Translations under genes and position numbers: made by a program
NCBI GenBank assembly: GCA_041661605.1
Contig: JBAZUE010000001.1
Span: 159,467 to 223,466 of the forward strand
Source: Candidatus Omnitrophota bacterium
GTDB taxonomy: Bacteria > Omnitrophota > Gorgyraeia > Gygaellales > Profunditerraquicolaceae
Direction of reading: 5' to 3'
DNA: 64,000 nt
The notes under the pieces: model-generated
What the model was told of the DNA's origin: nothing
The model's database searches: none
Seen by the model: the letters and a program-made list of their open reading frames with translations, nothing else
Shown: positions 63,787 to 64,000 of the stretch, one piece after another
Numbering within the stretch: the stretch's first letter is position 1
How the letters are laid out: each line of letters begins with the position of its first letter

Positions 63787-64000
63787 ATGGCAGTTGAAAA
63801 AAAGAAGGAAGAAGCAAAGGAGACATCTGACCGGCAGAAAGCGTTGGAGTTAGCGCTGGCACAGATAGAAAAGCAATTCGGCAAGGGTTCAATTATGAAA
63901 CTGGGCGCTCATACCAAGGCTAATGTTGAGACTATATCAACAGGCGCGCTTACTTTGGACCTTGCTTTAGGCGTGGGCGGGCTTCCTCGCGGCAGGGTGG
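63787..64000 (+). CDS. recA: Recombinase RecA, 3' end outside window
   Basis: Not in the ORF track because it runs off the window. ATG at 63787 behind GGAGG. Translation ...[25 protein letters not shown]...[22 protein letters not shown] is the canonical RecA N-terminus. Confidence 0.9.
   Translation, partial: MAVEKKKEEAKETSDRQKALELALAQIEKQFGKGSIMKLGAHTKANVETISTGALTLDLALGVGGLPRGRV

Overview
Bacterial chromosomal segment, AT-rich by eye. It is almost entirely co-directional: 59 of the 60 CDS or disrupted genes called here are on the + strand, and many start/stop codons overlap by 1-8 nt. No rRNA, tRNA, CRISPR array, transposase or integrase was recognised.

nt 1-42.7k is one very large cell-envelope glycan/LPS locus:
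- four class-B (B12-binding-domain) radical SAM genes interleaved with GT2 glycosyltransferases, SAM methyltransferases and large polytopic GT-C-like membrane proteins
- wecB, a WecA/MraY-family initiating transferase and two O-antigen-ligase-family genes, one of them frameshifted
- a CDP-hexose block (rfbF, a CDP-glucose-dehydratase-like SDR, rfbH/E1) combined with a YerE-like ThDP enzyme, a DmpF/DmpG-type aldolase-dehydrogenase pair and an HpcH-type aldolase
- LPS-core genes (two GT9 heptosyltransferases, manC, gmhB, a DegT-type aminotransferase, a WaaE-like GT2, a GT28)
- a two-gene AbiEii-like/XRE module with its own promoter and operator, wedged into the core genes

nt 42.7-64k is housekeeping:
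- a PriA homologue with degenerate helicase motifs, and a frameshifted fmt
- tandem GalT-like paralogues, then gap-pgk-tpiA-secG
- a BT1/MFS transporter, MarC, glgC and a GNAT
- acyl-CoA dehydrogenase with EtfB and a ferredoxin-fused EtfA
- a small HTH gene followed by an smc with a minimal hinge
- a GAF-GGDEF gene (the only - strand gene), a small Cys-rich secreted protein, and the 5' end of recA

Non-coding structure is unusually rich:
- an ATTGCTTCG-hairpin-CTCGCAATGACG repeat family, with copies inserted in frame into CDSs
- a nested-palindrome AATTGTTTTGTAAC element family
- a near-identical structured 5' leader shared by two unrelated genes
- GC-rich bulged-C hairpins

The repeat style and gene content suggest an uncultivated diderm lineage. 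That cannot be established from the sequence alone. All functional calls come from motif recognition in the supplied translations; no database search was run.
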